Source: a virus (lineage: Duplodnaviria > Heunggongvirae > Uroviricota > Caudoviricetes). Taken from it: 64,000 nucleotides of DNA. The DNA is taken from IMG/VR virus record IMGVR_UViG_3300027608_000011; one strand, 5' to 3'. A program made the position numbers and the translations under genes. Below are positions 55,978 to 64,000 of this stretch, in pieces. The notes beneath the pieces are model-generated. The model was not told where the DNA came from. It searched no databases and was given only the letters and a program-made list of their open reading frames with translations. Each line of letters starts with the position of its first letter. Positions within the stretch are counted from its first letter, which is position 1.

Positions 55978-56300
55978 TTACTTTAACCCAAACTGCAAGC
56001 AAGAAGATTAAACAGAATCTAGACAAGCGCGGTAAGGGCGTAGGAATTCGTATAGGTGTAAGGACCACAGGTTGTAGTGGTTTGGCGTATACTATAGAAT
56101 ACGTAGACGAATACACAGCCGAAGTAGGCGTAACCAATTTTGGACAACCAGACTTTGTAGTATTAGTTGATGCAAAAAGTTTAGCTTACTTAAATGGATT
56201 AACAATGGATTGGGTTCGAAATGGCCTCAATGAAGGATTTGATTTTGTCAATCCTAACGAACGAGATCGTTGTGGATGTGGTGAAAGTTTTAGAGTTTGA
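55974..56300 (+). CDS. IscA/HesB-family iron-sulfur cluster insertion protein
   Basis: 108 aa; RTTGCSGLAY and C-terminal CGCGESF motifs. Confidence 0.8.
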   Translation: MITLTQTASKKIKQNLDKRGKGVGIRIGVRTTGCSGLAYTIEYVDEYTAEVGVTNFGQPDFVVLVDAKSLAYLNGLTMDWVRNGLNEGFDFVNPNERDRCGCGESFRV

Positions 56301-56325
56301 CAAATGCAAAAACAGATAGTATAAT
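56297..56325 (+). promoter_or_regulatory. sigma70-type promoter TTGACA-17-TATAAT
   Basis: consensus hexamers. Confidence 0.5.
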
Positions 56326-56331
56326 ACACAG

Positions 56332-56781
56332 ATGAAACAAATTGACCTAAACAAATATAAAGATTTCGTAGAAGAAGTTACTAGCAAGCCTAGCAATGAC
56401 CTTACTACATTTATGAATCGTCTGGACCAACTAGACGGAAATTATGAAGTTTTTCAAGAAGGACTGTCGGCCGGTCAAGGTCCTGATATTAATGTTCCTT
56501 TGTTACTTACTGCATGTATGGGCTTGGCGGCAGAAGCTGGTGAATTTATTGAACTACCAAAGAAGATTATTTTCCAAGGCAAGCCATTAGACGAGGCGTC
56601 CGTTTTTCATATGAAACGTGAACTGGGTGATGTCATGTGGTATTGGATCAATGCTTGTAGAGCGTTAAACTTAGACCCCAATGATGTTATTGCAGAAAAT
56701 GTAAAGAAACTCGAAGCACGTTATCCGGGTGGTAGCTTTGATGCTTACCACAGTGAAAATCGTAAAGCGGGTGACTTATAA
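56332..56781 (+). CDS. mazG: MazG-like nucleoside triphosphate pyrophosphohydrolase
   Basis: EAGEFIE and ELGDVMWYWINACRALNLDPNDVIAENVKKLEARYP blocks. Confidence 0.8.
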   Translation: MKQIDLNKYKDFVEEVTSKPSNDLTTFMNRLDQLDGNYEVFQEGLSAGQGPDINVPLLLTACMGLAAEAGEFIELPKKIIFQGKPLDEASVFHMKRELGDVMWYWINACRALNLDPNDVIAENVKKLEARYPGGSFDAYHSENRKAGDL

Positions 56782-57026
56782 TGTTTGGAATGCACTTTGA
56801 CTCTGAAGGTTTATCCATTGAAGAACTTATGGCCAAAGAGATCGAGTTCCGAAAAAAATTAGCAACTGCACATAATGCAGGAGCAAATGCCAATATAATT
56901 TCTCAATTTGAAATGATCATCGAAGACGTTAAATTAGCAATGCAAGAAAAATTTATGATAGAAAAATTCAATAAAGAACAAACTGGGAAAAAGGACAATT
57001 TTGATGACAGTCTCAGCATTGGTTAA
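56781..57026 (+). CDS. hypothetical protein (81 aa)
   Basis: ORF. Confidence 0.4.
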   Translation: MFGMHFDSEGLSIEELMAKEIEFRKKLATAHNAGANANIISQFEMIIEDVKLAMQEKFMIEKFNKEQTGKKDNFDDSLSIG

Positions 57027-57531
57027 AGCAGATAGTGTTGGTAGAGTTACTATTGGTTCTAATGAACTATTTGAATTAATCTATCAGGACAATTACAGGC
57101 TACTCAGTATTACTCCCGACACTGGCATTCTTAAGTTTCGTGATTTATGTAAAGAATACGATGTAAACTTTAACTATAAATTAAAAGATACAAGTACAAT
57201 GTCAGAGCAAGAGTACAAAGAATATTGTGTATCTACGTGGAGTATGCCTGACAGTTATAATAACATAGATCTAGATAAGTATTTTGCTGATAAAATAACT
57301 ACATTAGAACAAGCAGAACGTGTTAGTTTAGAATTGGCAATGTTTGAAGAACGAGGATTACAGATTGTTTTACGTTTCATAATCTACTTGGTAGATACTA
57401 TGCGTGAACATAATATAGTATGGGGTGTTGGCCGCGGCAGTAGTATTGCTAGTTACTGTCTGTATCTAACAGGCTTACATAAAATAGATAGTATTAAATA
57501 TCAATTAGATATTAAGGAGTTTTTAAAATGA
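57001..57531 (+). CDS. hypothetical protein (176 aa)
   Basis: ORF. Confidence 0.45.
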   Translation: MMTVSALVKADSVGRVTIGSNELFELIYQDNYRLLSITPDTGILKFRDLCKEYDVNFNYKLKDTSTMSEQEYKEYCVSTWSMPDSYNNIDLDKYFADKITTLEQAERVSLELAMFEERGLQIVLRFIIYLVDTMREHNIVWGVGRGSSIASYCLYLTGLHKIDSIKYQLDIKEFLK

Positions 57532-57908
57532 CAAATAGACACAAGACAGCAAAAGGGCGCGAGTTTAATATGGCGGCCTTTTCTGCCGCTAACGGGGATA
57601 CAATCGCTGTTGGAAATATCTTACGTAATGCTAGAGGCGATGTAGTTGATAATCGTGGCCGAATCGTTACATCTGCCAAGGATATTGCAGATGCTTATCA
57701 CAACAGAAATCCCAATGCAGTTAAAAAGGTCAGCATAAAAGAAGACGGAAGTTTTCCATTAGCAACTGCTGATATCGAAGCGGCTCCCGAAGATGTAGTA
57801 ACCGCAGTAAAAGAATACACCAACGAAGCAGGTGATGATGTTGTTGAAAAAACATACGAAGACGGCTCAGTTGAAGTGGCAGAAAAACCTAAACCTAAAA
57901 AGAAATAA
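57528..57908 (+). CDS. hypothetical protein (126 aa)
   Basis: ORF. Confidence 0.45.
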   Translation: MTNRHKTAKGREFNMAAFSAANGDTIAVGNILRNARGDVVDNRGRIVTSAKDIADAYHNRNPNAVKKVSIKEDGSFPLATADIEAAPEDVVTAVKEYTNEAGDDVVEKTYEDGSVEVAEKPKPKKK

Positions 57909-57925
57909 ACTAAGGAAACACACAC

Positions 57926-58267
57926 ATGAACAATGAAATTAAAAACGTAACTCCTATGCCCAAGAGTATACTCGGGCGTGTACAATTTGGAGAACGTGTA
58001 ACTAAAGGCGGTATCTTTCTTAAAGATGATAACGGAAAGTCAGAAGGCATATACCCACGTTGGGCAAAGGTTTGGAAAGTTGGTACTGAAATTACTGATG
58101 TCAATCCGGGCGATTGGGTAATGGTAGAACATGGCCGTTGGAGTTTTGAAACTAAGATACAGTTAAATGGATCGGCATTTACATTCTTTAAAATTGACCC
58201 TAACGGAATTATGTTTGTTAATGAATCAGGTTTACCCGACGATGTCACTGACTTTGTTGATTTTTAA
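57926..58267 (+). CDS. groES: GroES/Hsp10-like co-chaperonin
   Basis: 113 aa; N-terminal KPLGxRVLV-like PMPKSILGRVQF, ERVTKGGIFL, and C-terminal GDWVMVEHGRW beta-hairpin pattern. Confidence 0.6.
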   Translation: MNNEIKNVTPMPKSILGRVQFGERVTKGGIFLKDDNGKSEGIYPRWAKVWKVGTEITDVNPGDWVMVEHGRWSFETKIQLNGSAFTFFKIDPNGIMFVNESGLPDDVTDFVDF

Positions 58268-58895
58268 CTAACTCAATAACTTCTTCTATTGTTAAAAACT
58301 CATTAATAGTCCAAGTAACAATAACACGCCGCTCTCTAGATTTATTAACTACACAATGTGGAAGTGTAGTTCTAAACAGGGCGGCGTTGCCACGATTGCT
58401 ATCTAGTACGTACTCTGCAATAGGAATTTTTTTGCCCATTACTGTATAGTATCCGTATTGCCCTTCATTCATAAAATTAACAAAATAGGGTGGAGGTAAG
58501 TCAAACCAAACTGTACTTGCTCCCAGGCCACAGTTATTAATGGGAAAATTAAAACTAGTGTTCCTTGGGCCATCGATATGCGTCATCGGAATTGTTCCGG
58601 CATTGGTAATTGAAAATGTTACTTTTTTATCTAACCACGGATAAGCACTACGTATTTTAAAGAACACTTCGTCGTCGTCCCACTCTACATTGTTACCAAC
58701 ATAATGATCAATTTGATTTGTGTATTTGTTGTATATTCTATTTTGGTCTTCTAAGCTAATAGAAAATCCTGGTATCTCATAATAATACATATCATGTTTA
58801 GTGATAATATTACGAGTATCTATGGTAGGGTTTCTTTCAGATTTTATCATATGCAACATTACGTATTTTACTATAATTTTCCACAGTTTTGTCAA
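58245..58895 (-). CDS. HxD-cupin paralog family member
   Basis: MTHIDGPRNTSFNFPINNCGLGASTVWFD. Confidence 0.55.
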   Translation of the reverse strand: MTKLWKIIVKYVMLHMIKSERNPTIDTRNIITKHDMYYYEIPGFSISLEDQNRIYNKYTNQIDHYVGNNVEWDDDEVFFKIRSAYPWLDKKVTFSITNAGTIPMTHIDGPRNTSFNFPINNCGLGASTVWFDLPPPYFVNFMNEGQYGYYTVMGKKIPIAEYVLDSNRGNAALFRTTLPHCVVNKSRERRVIVTWTINEFLTIEEVIELVKNQQSQ

Positions 58896-59409
58896 ACATA
58901 GTACTAATGCTCCAACTCATTAATAATCTATCAGTACTGCCTTTATTCAGTACTGCATGTGGTTTTTGCACATTTAGTACACAGGGCTTTGTAAAATTAA
59001 ACCTAAATTTTTCAACTAACTGCCCGCCTATAATCATTATATTGTTCTGAGGCACATGGGTAAATGTGTTAACAGAATCGTTAGGATCATCATAGAAAAT
59101 TGTATCCGTTCGATGATTACAATTTTTTAATGGTATGTTTAATGCACAATTTCTGTCCATTGCTATCTTACTAGGCATGTCAATATGTGGAGGCCACCAT
59201 TTTGACGTCGTAGTCCAAAAGAAACTAACGTGCTGGCTCAACCCTGGCAAAGTATTGTATAAAAAAGTTAAATATGGGTCTACTATGTAATGTATACTGA
59301 GAAAAGGCTGTCCAGGAGTTCTTTTAGTATAATAAAACTGTAAGATCCTTTCAGCGTCGATCTCTAACTCTAGTTCGTGTACAAATTCGTTTGATATAAA
59401 GTTTTGCAT
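58837..59409 (-). CDS. HxD-cupin paralog family member
   Basis: PHIDMPSKIAMDRNCALNIPLKNCNHRTDTIFYDD. Confidence 0.6.
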   Translation of the reverse strand: MQNFISNEFVHELELEIDAERILQFYYTKRTPGQPFLSIHYIVDPYLTFLYNTLPGLSQHVSFFWTTTSKWWPPHIDMPSKIAMDRNCALNIPLKNCNHRTDTIFYDDPNDSVNTFTHVPQNNIMIIGGQLVEKFRFNFTKPCVLNVQKPHAVLNKGSTDRLLMSWSISTMFDKTVENYSKIRNVAYDKI

Positions 59410-59504
59410 AGATATTTAAAACTGTATTTATTTCGCTGTTCACTAGTGTAATCTTGTAATTAAATTTGGAATAAATACTTAATAATTAAATTGGGTTAAT
59501 CACT

Positions 59505-62500
59505 ATGTCTTATACCGTAAACAAATCAGATGGAACAGGAATCGAACTTGTTGATACACAAATCGATACAACGTCCACTAGTGTAGCATTGGTGGGCAGA
59601 AATGCCCCAGGCTACGGTGAACTAGTTATGGAAAACACTGTCCATATGCTAGAAAATTTTGCCTCAGAAAATTCTCCAAACAATCCTATTGTGGGTCAGT
59701 TATGGTATCAAAAAGACACAAACAATGCGTTAAGCGGAAAACTGCACGTATATGATTTAGGTACAAATGGCGAAGTAAATCCTGTATGGAAATCTATTGG
59801 CATACTACAGACACAAGACAGCCTTCCGGCTGGATTAAACCACCAAATTGGTGATCTTTGGTTCAGGCCGTCGACTGGGTTACTTAGTGCGTATTATACT
59901 CCACCACCAAGCGAGGCTGTGCCAAACCCGATATTAGGCTGGCATGGAATCTCTGGATCCGGTTCCGGAGGTGGTGGCGGTGGCAGTATAGATTTAGGGA
60001 CATTATTGCAAACTCTTCAAGGTGCAATTACAGAAAATCAACTTGCAGAAACTTTCAGACAAAGTTTAAATCAAAGATTTGCAGATGAAGCAAACAACAG
60101 AGTTACTGGTTTAATAGCCGAAGCACAGAACCGTGTTAGTGCAATCAACGCCGAGGCCGCGGCCCGTAACACTCAACTACTAAATGAAACTACTGCTAGA
60201 AATAATGCAATTGCGGCGGCCTCCCAGGCTCAAGCGCAGGCATTAGCGGCAGAAGCTCTAGCACGTAATACTGCAATTACTACAGAAGCCAACTCTCGCA
60301 TTTCCGGATTGGCCGCAGAATCTGCAAATAGAGCAACTGCATTAGCGGCAGAGGCCACGGCACGTAATACTGCAATTACAAACTTTGCCAGTGACTTTAA
60401 TGATGACTTAGCGGCAGAGGCCGCGGCACGTGGTGCGGCAATAACTGCTGAACAAACAATTCGCCAAAGCGGAGATAGCAGTTTAAGTAGTCAAATTACT
60501 ACATTAACTGCCAGTGTAGGTTCTAGTGTAGCTGGCTTACAACAAACTCAGACTACTCAGGCAACTACAATTTCGGCGCAGGCACAGTTAATCACTCAAT
60601 TAACTGCACGTACTGGTGCGGCAGAAGCAAACATAGTTTCAGAGCAAACTGCTCGTACTACCGCAGATACTAGTTTAACTAGTCAAATTACTACATTAAG
60701 TGCCAGTGTTGGCGCTAATGCGGCCGCGATTCAATCGGAACAAACTGCTAGGGCCACCGCCGATGGATCCTTGGCTGAACAAATTACAACATTAAGTAGT
60801 GCCACTGGCTTGGACATTGCACAATTAAGAGATGAAGTACGTGCAGTAACTGGAGGAGAAGGTAGCTTAGTACAAACTGTACAAACATTAGTAGCATCAA
60901 CCGCGGCTAATACTAGCGCAATTACCACTGAACAAACTGCTAGAACTAACGCAGACAGTAGTTTAACTAATCAAATTAACACATTAAGTGCAACTACTTC
61001 AGGTAATACGGCCGCGATCCAAACAGAAGCAACAGCACGTAGTACAGCAGTTGGAACATTAACACAACAAATTAATAATCAGGCTACTACATTTAATACC
61101 AGTTTAGCTGGCATCAATGAACAGTTAACTAGCCAAGCAACCGAGCAGACTGCACAGGCTGGAACGTTAACAACGTTAAGTGCCAGTGTTGGTACTAATG
61201 CTACTGCTATTCAAACAGAAGCTACAACAAGAGCTACTGCTGATTCAACGTTAGCTAGTCAGATTACTACTTTTACTAGTGCGTTCAATGGCAACATTGC
61301 AGAATTACAAACACAGATCAATACTTTTTCTGGAAGTGACACTAGTATTGTTGCTCAACTTGATACATTAACTGCTAGTGTTGCCGGCAACACTACTGCA
61401 ATTACCAGCGAACAAACTGCCAGAGCTACTGCTGATACAGCATTAGGTACAAGAATCGATACATTAACTTCAATTGTTGCAGGTAATACTGCAACAATTA
61501 CTACAGAATCAAATACTCGAGCAACTGCTGATAGTGCATTAAGCACAAGGGTTGATGCAGTGGTAGCAAAGGCTGATAACGCTTTAGCGGGTATTGTAAC
61601 AGAACAAACAACAAGAGCTACAGCCGACAACGCATTGGCCACGCAGATTACAACTTTAAGTTCTAGGACCGACGATGCATTTGCGGCAATTCAAACAGAA
61701 GCCACAACAAGAGCTACGGCTGATACCAGTTTGAGTCAGCAAATTACAACTCTAACCTCTAGTACTGGCACTAGTTTAGCGCAACTAACAACAAATCAGG
61801 AAACAGAAACTTCTGCTAGACAATCATTAGCAACTCAGGTTACAACATTAAGTACTTCAATTGGTAATGCTCAAACTGCAATTCAAAATGAAGTCACTGC
61901 TCGCAGTACAGCAGATACCGCATTAACACAGAGCATTAACTTATTAGGTAGCGTAGTAGATAGTAATACGGCCGCAATTCAAGCTGAATCAACTGCACGT
62001 AGTGATGCAGTTAGTAGTTTAGCTACTAGTGTTAATAGTTTAGTTGCCAGCTCTGGTAGTAAAATTTATCGCCAATCGATTCAGCCAAATACTGGAATTG
62101 CCAAAGATGGAGATGTATGGTACGATACTGCCAATAATAATAAAACCTATGTGTTCACACAAAGTAATAGCCAGTGGACATTAACGGAAGACACACGTAT
62201 CACTTCAACTGCGGCTGGATTGGTAACTGAATCAACGGCTCGTACTACCGCAGACAGTGCATTAAGCAGTCAGATTACTACATTATCCAGCACAGTCAAT
62301 GGACATAGTACAAGTATTCAAACATTGGCTAGTACAACTGATGGACTAAGTGCTCAGTATGCAATTAAAGTTGATAACAACGGATATATCAGCGGTTTCG
62401 GATTATCAAGTACCAGTGCAACTGGAACACCTACTAGTGCATTCGTTATTCAAGCTGATACATTTAGTTTATATAAGGCAGGTTCGGCAAGTCCGATTGC

Positions 62501-64000
62501 ACCGTTTACAATTGATTTGACTACTACTCCTGCACGTATGAAATTTAACGGCGTGTTAACTGCTGATAAGATTATTGCTGGAAATTTAGGTGACGTGATT
62601 GGACTTGGCACTGGTGATAATATTAAATTAGATGGACCAAATAAGAAAATTGTTGTCAACGACGGAACATATGATCGAGTAGTTATAGGACAAATCAGTG
62701 CTGGTAGTTACGGAATTCAAATTAAAGATAACGCCGGCAAAACAATTATTACCAGCGGTGGCCAACTTGGCGCCGATATAACAGTATCGGGAAGTTCGGT
62801 TCCATTGGGAACATTAGCCGCAAATGCCGCAGTTGCGCCAATTAACTATGTTGGAGCATTTGCATCGGCACCCAATGTAAATCAGTATAGCGTAAATGCA
62901 GTTTATAAAAATACAGCAGACGGCAACAGTTATATTTTAGTTAGTAACAGTGGAGTGTTTAGTTGGACCATATACTTGGCAAAAGGCTCAGATGGCGCCG
63001 CTGGTGCGGCAGGATCTACTGGACCAACCGGTGCGACTGGTGCCGCAGGCGCCGCTGGTGCGGCCGGTACTAACGCCAAAGCATTATTCTTAACATCTAC
63101 TAGCCAAGTTTTCCAAGTTACCAAAGCTGGTGCAAATAGTCCAGCTAGTATTACATTCACTGCAACACCTGCAGGTGCATTAACTGGTACAGCATCGTGG
63201 ACAGTAACTTCGGGAACCGGTACATTAACTGGTACTGGAAATACTCGTACATTAACTTACGCTAACATGAGTACCGACTTAGTAACAGTACAAGCTAGTA
63301 TCACTGATGGTCCTGGTGCTAGCGGAACGTATACTGATAGTGTATCAGTAGTTAAAGTACGTGAGGGATCTGATGGTTCAGCAGGTTCAGCAGGGCAAGC
63401 CGCTGTTACTGCATTTTTAACAAACGAAGCCGCAACAGTGGCCGCGGCTACTGACGGTACTGTTGGCAGTTTTTCTGGCGTTTCTACTAGCATAGTAATA
63501 TATGTTGGCTTAACAGATGACACCAGTAACTGGAACGTTACTCGTGTTAATGGTACTGGCGTTAGTTCTACTATCAGTGGCGCAACTATTGCAATTACAG
63601 CCATGTCTGTTGACAGTGGGTCTGTTGATATTACTGCCACCAAGTCCGGTACTACTTTAACAAAGAGATTTACATTAGCTAAAAGTAAAACTGGTGCAGG
63701 AGGATCAGCTGGTGCCACAGGATTAACTGGATTAACTGGGGCCGCAGGTAGTCCCGCAGTCACAAGTTATTTGACCAACGAATCAGTTACTGTGAGTTGC
63801 GATAGTAGTGGAAATACATTAAGTGGTGCGTTGGCACCGGCATATACGGCAATGAAGGTCATATATGGCGTCACTGACGATACTGGCAACTGGGCGTTTT
63901 CTGCAAGTCCTGCATCCAGCGCAAGCAATGTGCAATGGACATTGACTGGTAATTACTTAACTATTAATAGTTTTAGTAACACCATTGATACGCATGCCAT
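59505..64000 (+). CDS. giant repetitive fibre/structural protein (tail-fibre or hemagglutinin-like), 5' partial: more than 1498 codons with no stop before the window end
   Basis: hand translation is open from ATG 59505 to the window end; Ala/Thr/Ser-rich 25-30 aa repeats (TARTTADSSLTSQITTLSASVG...), a GGGGGGS linker, collagen-like GAAGSTGPTGATGAAGAAGAAG and GAGGSAGATGLTGLTGAAG segments, and two roughly 50 aa internal repeats (LTNEAATV.../LTNESVTV...); all tracked minus-strand ORFs in 60.7-63.8 kb are its shadows. Confidence 0.75.
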   Translation, partial: MSYTVNKSDGTGIELVDTQIDTTSTSVALVGRNAPGYGELVMENTVHMLENFASENSPNNPIVGQLWYQKDTNNALSGKLHVYDLGTNGEVNPVWKSIGILQTQDSLPAGLNHQIGDLWFRPSTGLLSAYYTPPPSEAVPNPILGWHGISGSGSGGGGGGSIDLGTLLQTLQGAITENQLAETFRQSLNQRFADEANNRVTGLIAEAQNRVSAINAEAAARNTQLLNETTARNNAIAAASQAQAQALAAEALARNTAITTEANSRISGLAAESANRATALAAEATARNTAITNFASDFNDDLAAEAAARGAAITAEQTIRQSGDSSLSSQITTLTASVGSSVAGLQQTQTTQATTISAQAQLITQLTARTGAAEANIVSEQTARTTADTSLTSQITTLSASVGANAAAIQSEQTARATADGSLAEQITTLSSATGLDIAQLRDEVRAVTGGEGSLVQTVQTLVASTAANTSAITTEQTARTNADSSLTNQINTLSATTSGNTAAIQTEATARSTAVGTLTQQINNQATTFNTSLAGINEQLTSQATEQTAQAGTLTTLSASVGTNATAIQTEATTRATADSTLASQITTFTSAFNGNIAELQTQINTFSGSDTSIVAQLDTLTASVAGNTTAITSEQTARATADTALGTRIDTLTSIVAGNTATITTESNTRATADSALSTRVDAVVAKADNALAGIVTEQTTRATADNALATQITTLSSRTDDAFAAIQTEATTRATADTSLSQQITTLTSSTGTSLAQLTTNQETETSARQSLATQVTTLSTSIGNAQTAIQNEVTARSTADTALTQSINLLGSVVDSNTAAIQAESTARSDAVSSLATSVNSLVASSGSKIYRQSIQPNTGIAKDGDVWYDTANNNKTYVFTQSNSQWTLTEDTRITSTAAGLVTESTARTTADSALSSQITTLSSTVNGHSTSIQTLASTTDGLSAQYAIKVDNNGYISGFGLSSTSATGTPTSAFVIQADTFSLYKAGSASPIAPFTIDLTTTPARMKFNGVLTADKIIAGNLGDVIGLGTGDNIKLDGPNKKIVVNDGTYDRVVIGQISAGSYGIQIKDNAGKTIITSGGQLGADITVSGSSVPLGTLAANAAVAPINYVGAFASAPNVNQYSVNAVYKNTADGNSYILVSNSGVFSWTIYLAKGSDGAAGAAGSTGPTGATGAAGAAGAAGTNAKALFLTSTSQVFQVTKAGANSPASITFTATPAGALTGTASWTVTSGTGTLTGTGNTRTLTYANMSTDLVTVQASITDGPGASGTYTDSVSVVKVREGSDGSAGSAGQAAVTAFLTNEAATVAAATDGTVGSFSGVSTSIVIYVGLTDDTSNWNVTRVNGTGVSSTISGATIAITAMSVDSGSVDITATKSGTTLTKRFTLAKSKTGAGGSAGATGLTGLTGAAGSPAVTSYLTNESVTVSCDSSGNTLSGALAPAYTAMKVIYGVTDDTGNWAFSASPASSASNVQWTLTGNYLTINSFSNTIDTHA

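Noticed and set aside
60731-63763. Five minus-strand ORFs (60731-60928, 61355-61642, 62450-62659, 62930-63160, 63257-63763) translating to Ala/Val/Pro-rich peptides
   Set aside because: They are antisense shadows of the plus-strand giant fibre ORF, which is absent from the track only because it has no stop inside the window. GC3 and Ala/Thr codon composition create long open antisense frames.

Overview
AT-rich, densely coded region that reads like part of a large lytic bacteriophage genome (jumbo or T4-like myovirus, with an auxiliary-gene repertoire resembling cyanophages and pelagiphages). Identity rests on gene content and architecture only. Translation signals are bacterial: Shine-Dalgarno sequences, many near-consensus sigma70 promoters (TTGACA-17nt-TATAAT), rho-independent terminators, and ATGA start/stop overlaps. 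Main contents are listed below. (1) A scattered set of 21 tRNA genes (505-3486, 7132-7442, 9510-13202, 19767-20384), interleaved with hairpin-dense non-coding segments, several of which end in tRNA-like ...CCA followed by AATTTTA. (2) A Ro60/TROVE+vWA ortholog (4065-5480) preceded by a 500 nt promoter-driven structured leader with three copies of a 45 nt repeat; this is the arrangement in which bacterial and phage Y RNAs (YrlA) are normally found. (3) A lipid module: four tandem delta-9 fatty-acid desaturase paralogs, an acyl carrier protein, holo-ACP synthase AcpS, SGNH and alpha/beta hydrolases. (4) More than 12 paralogs of an HxD...H cupin/2OG-oxygenase-like family sharing an ALNIP..NC motif. 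(5) An RNA polymerase omega-subunit (RpoZ) homolog. (6) ClpP, BI-1/YccA-like and SPFH lipoprotein genes. (7) QueD plus the preQ transporter YhhQ, dCMP deaminase, MazG, IscA, GroES, an OYE flavoprotein, a DEDDh exonuclease, metallophosphoesterase and tyrosine-phosphatase-like enzymes, and secreted enzymes (S8 protease, DD-carboxypeptidase, NUC nuclease). (8) An early-gene block (35.5-41.2 kb) of tiny ORFs, each behind a copy of a 29 nt conserved promoter. (9) A histone-H1-like gene with a perfect A_AAA_AAA -1 slippery heptamer that would fuse it to an HeH/Rho-N DNA-binding motif. (10) A collagen-like protein and the first 1498 codons of a giant repetitive fibre protein running off the window end. 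No CRISPR array, rRNA or obvious integrase/transposase was seen.
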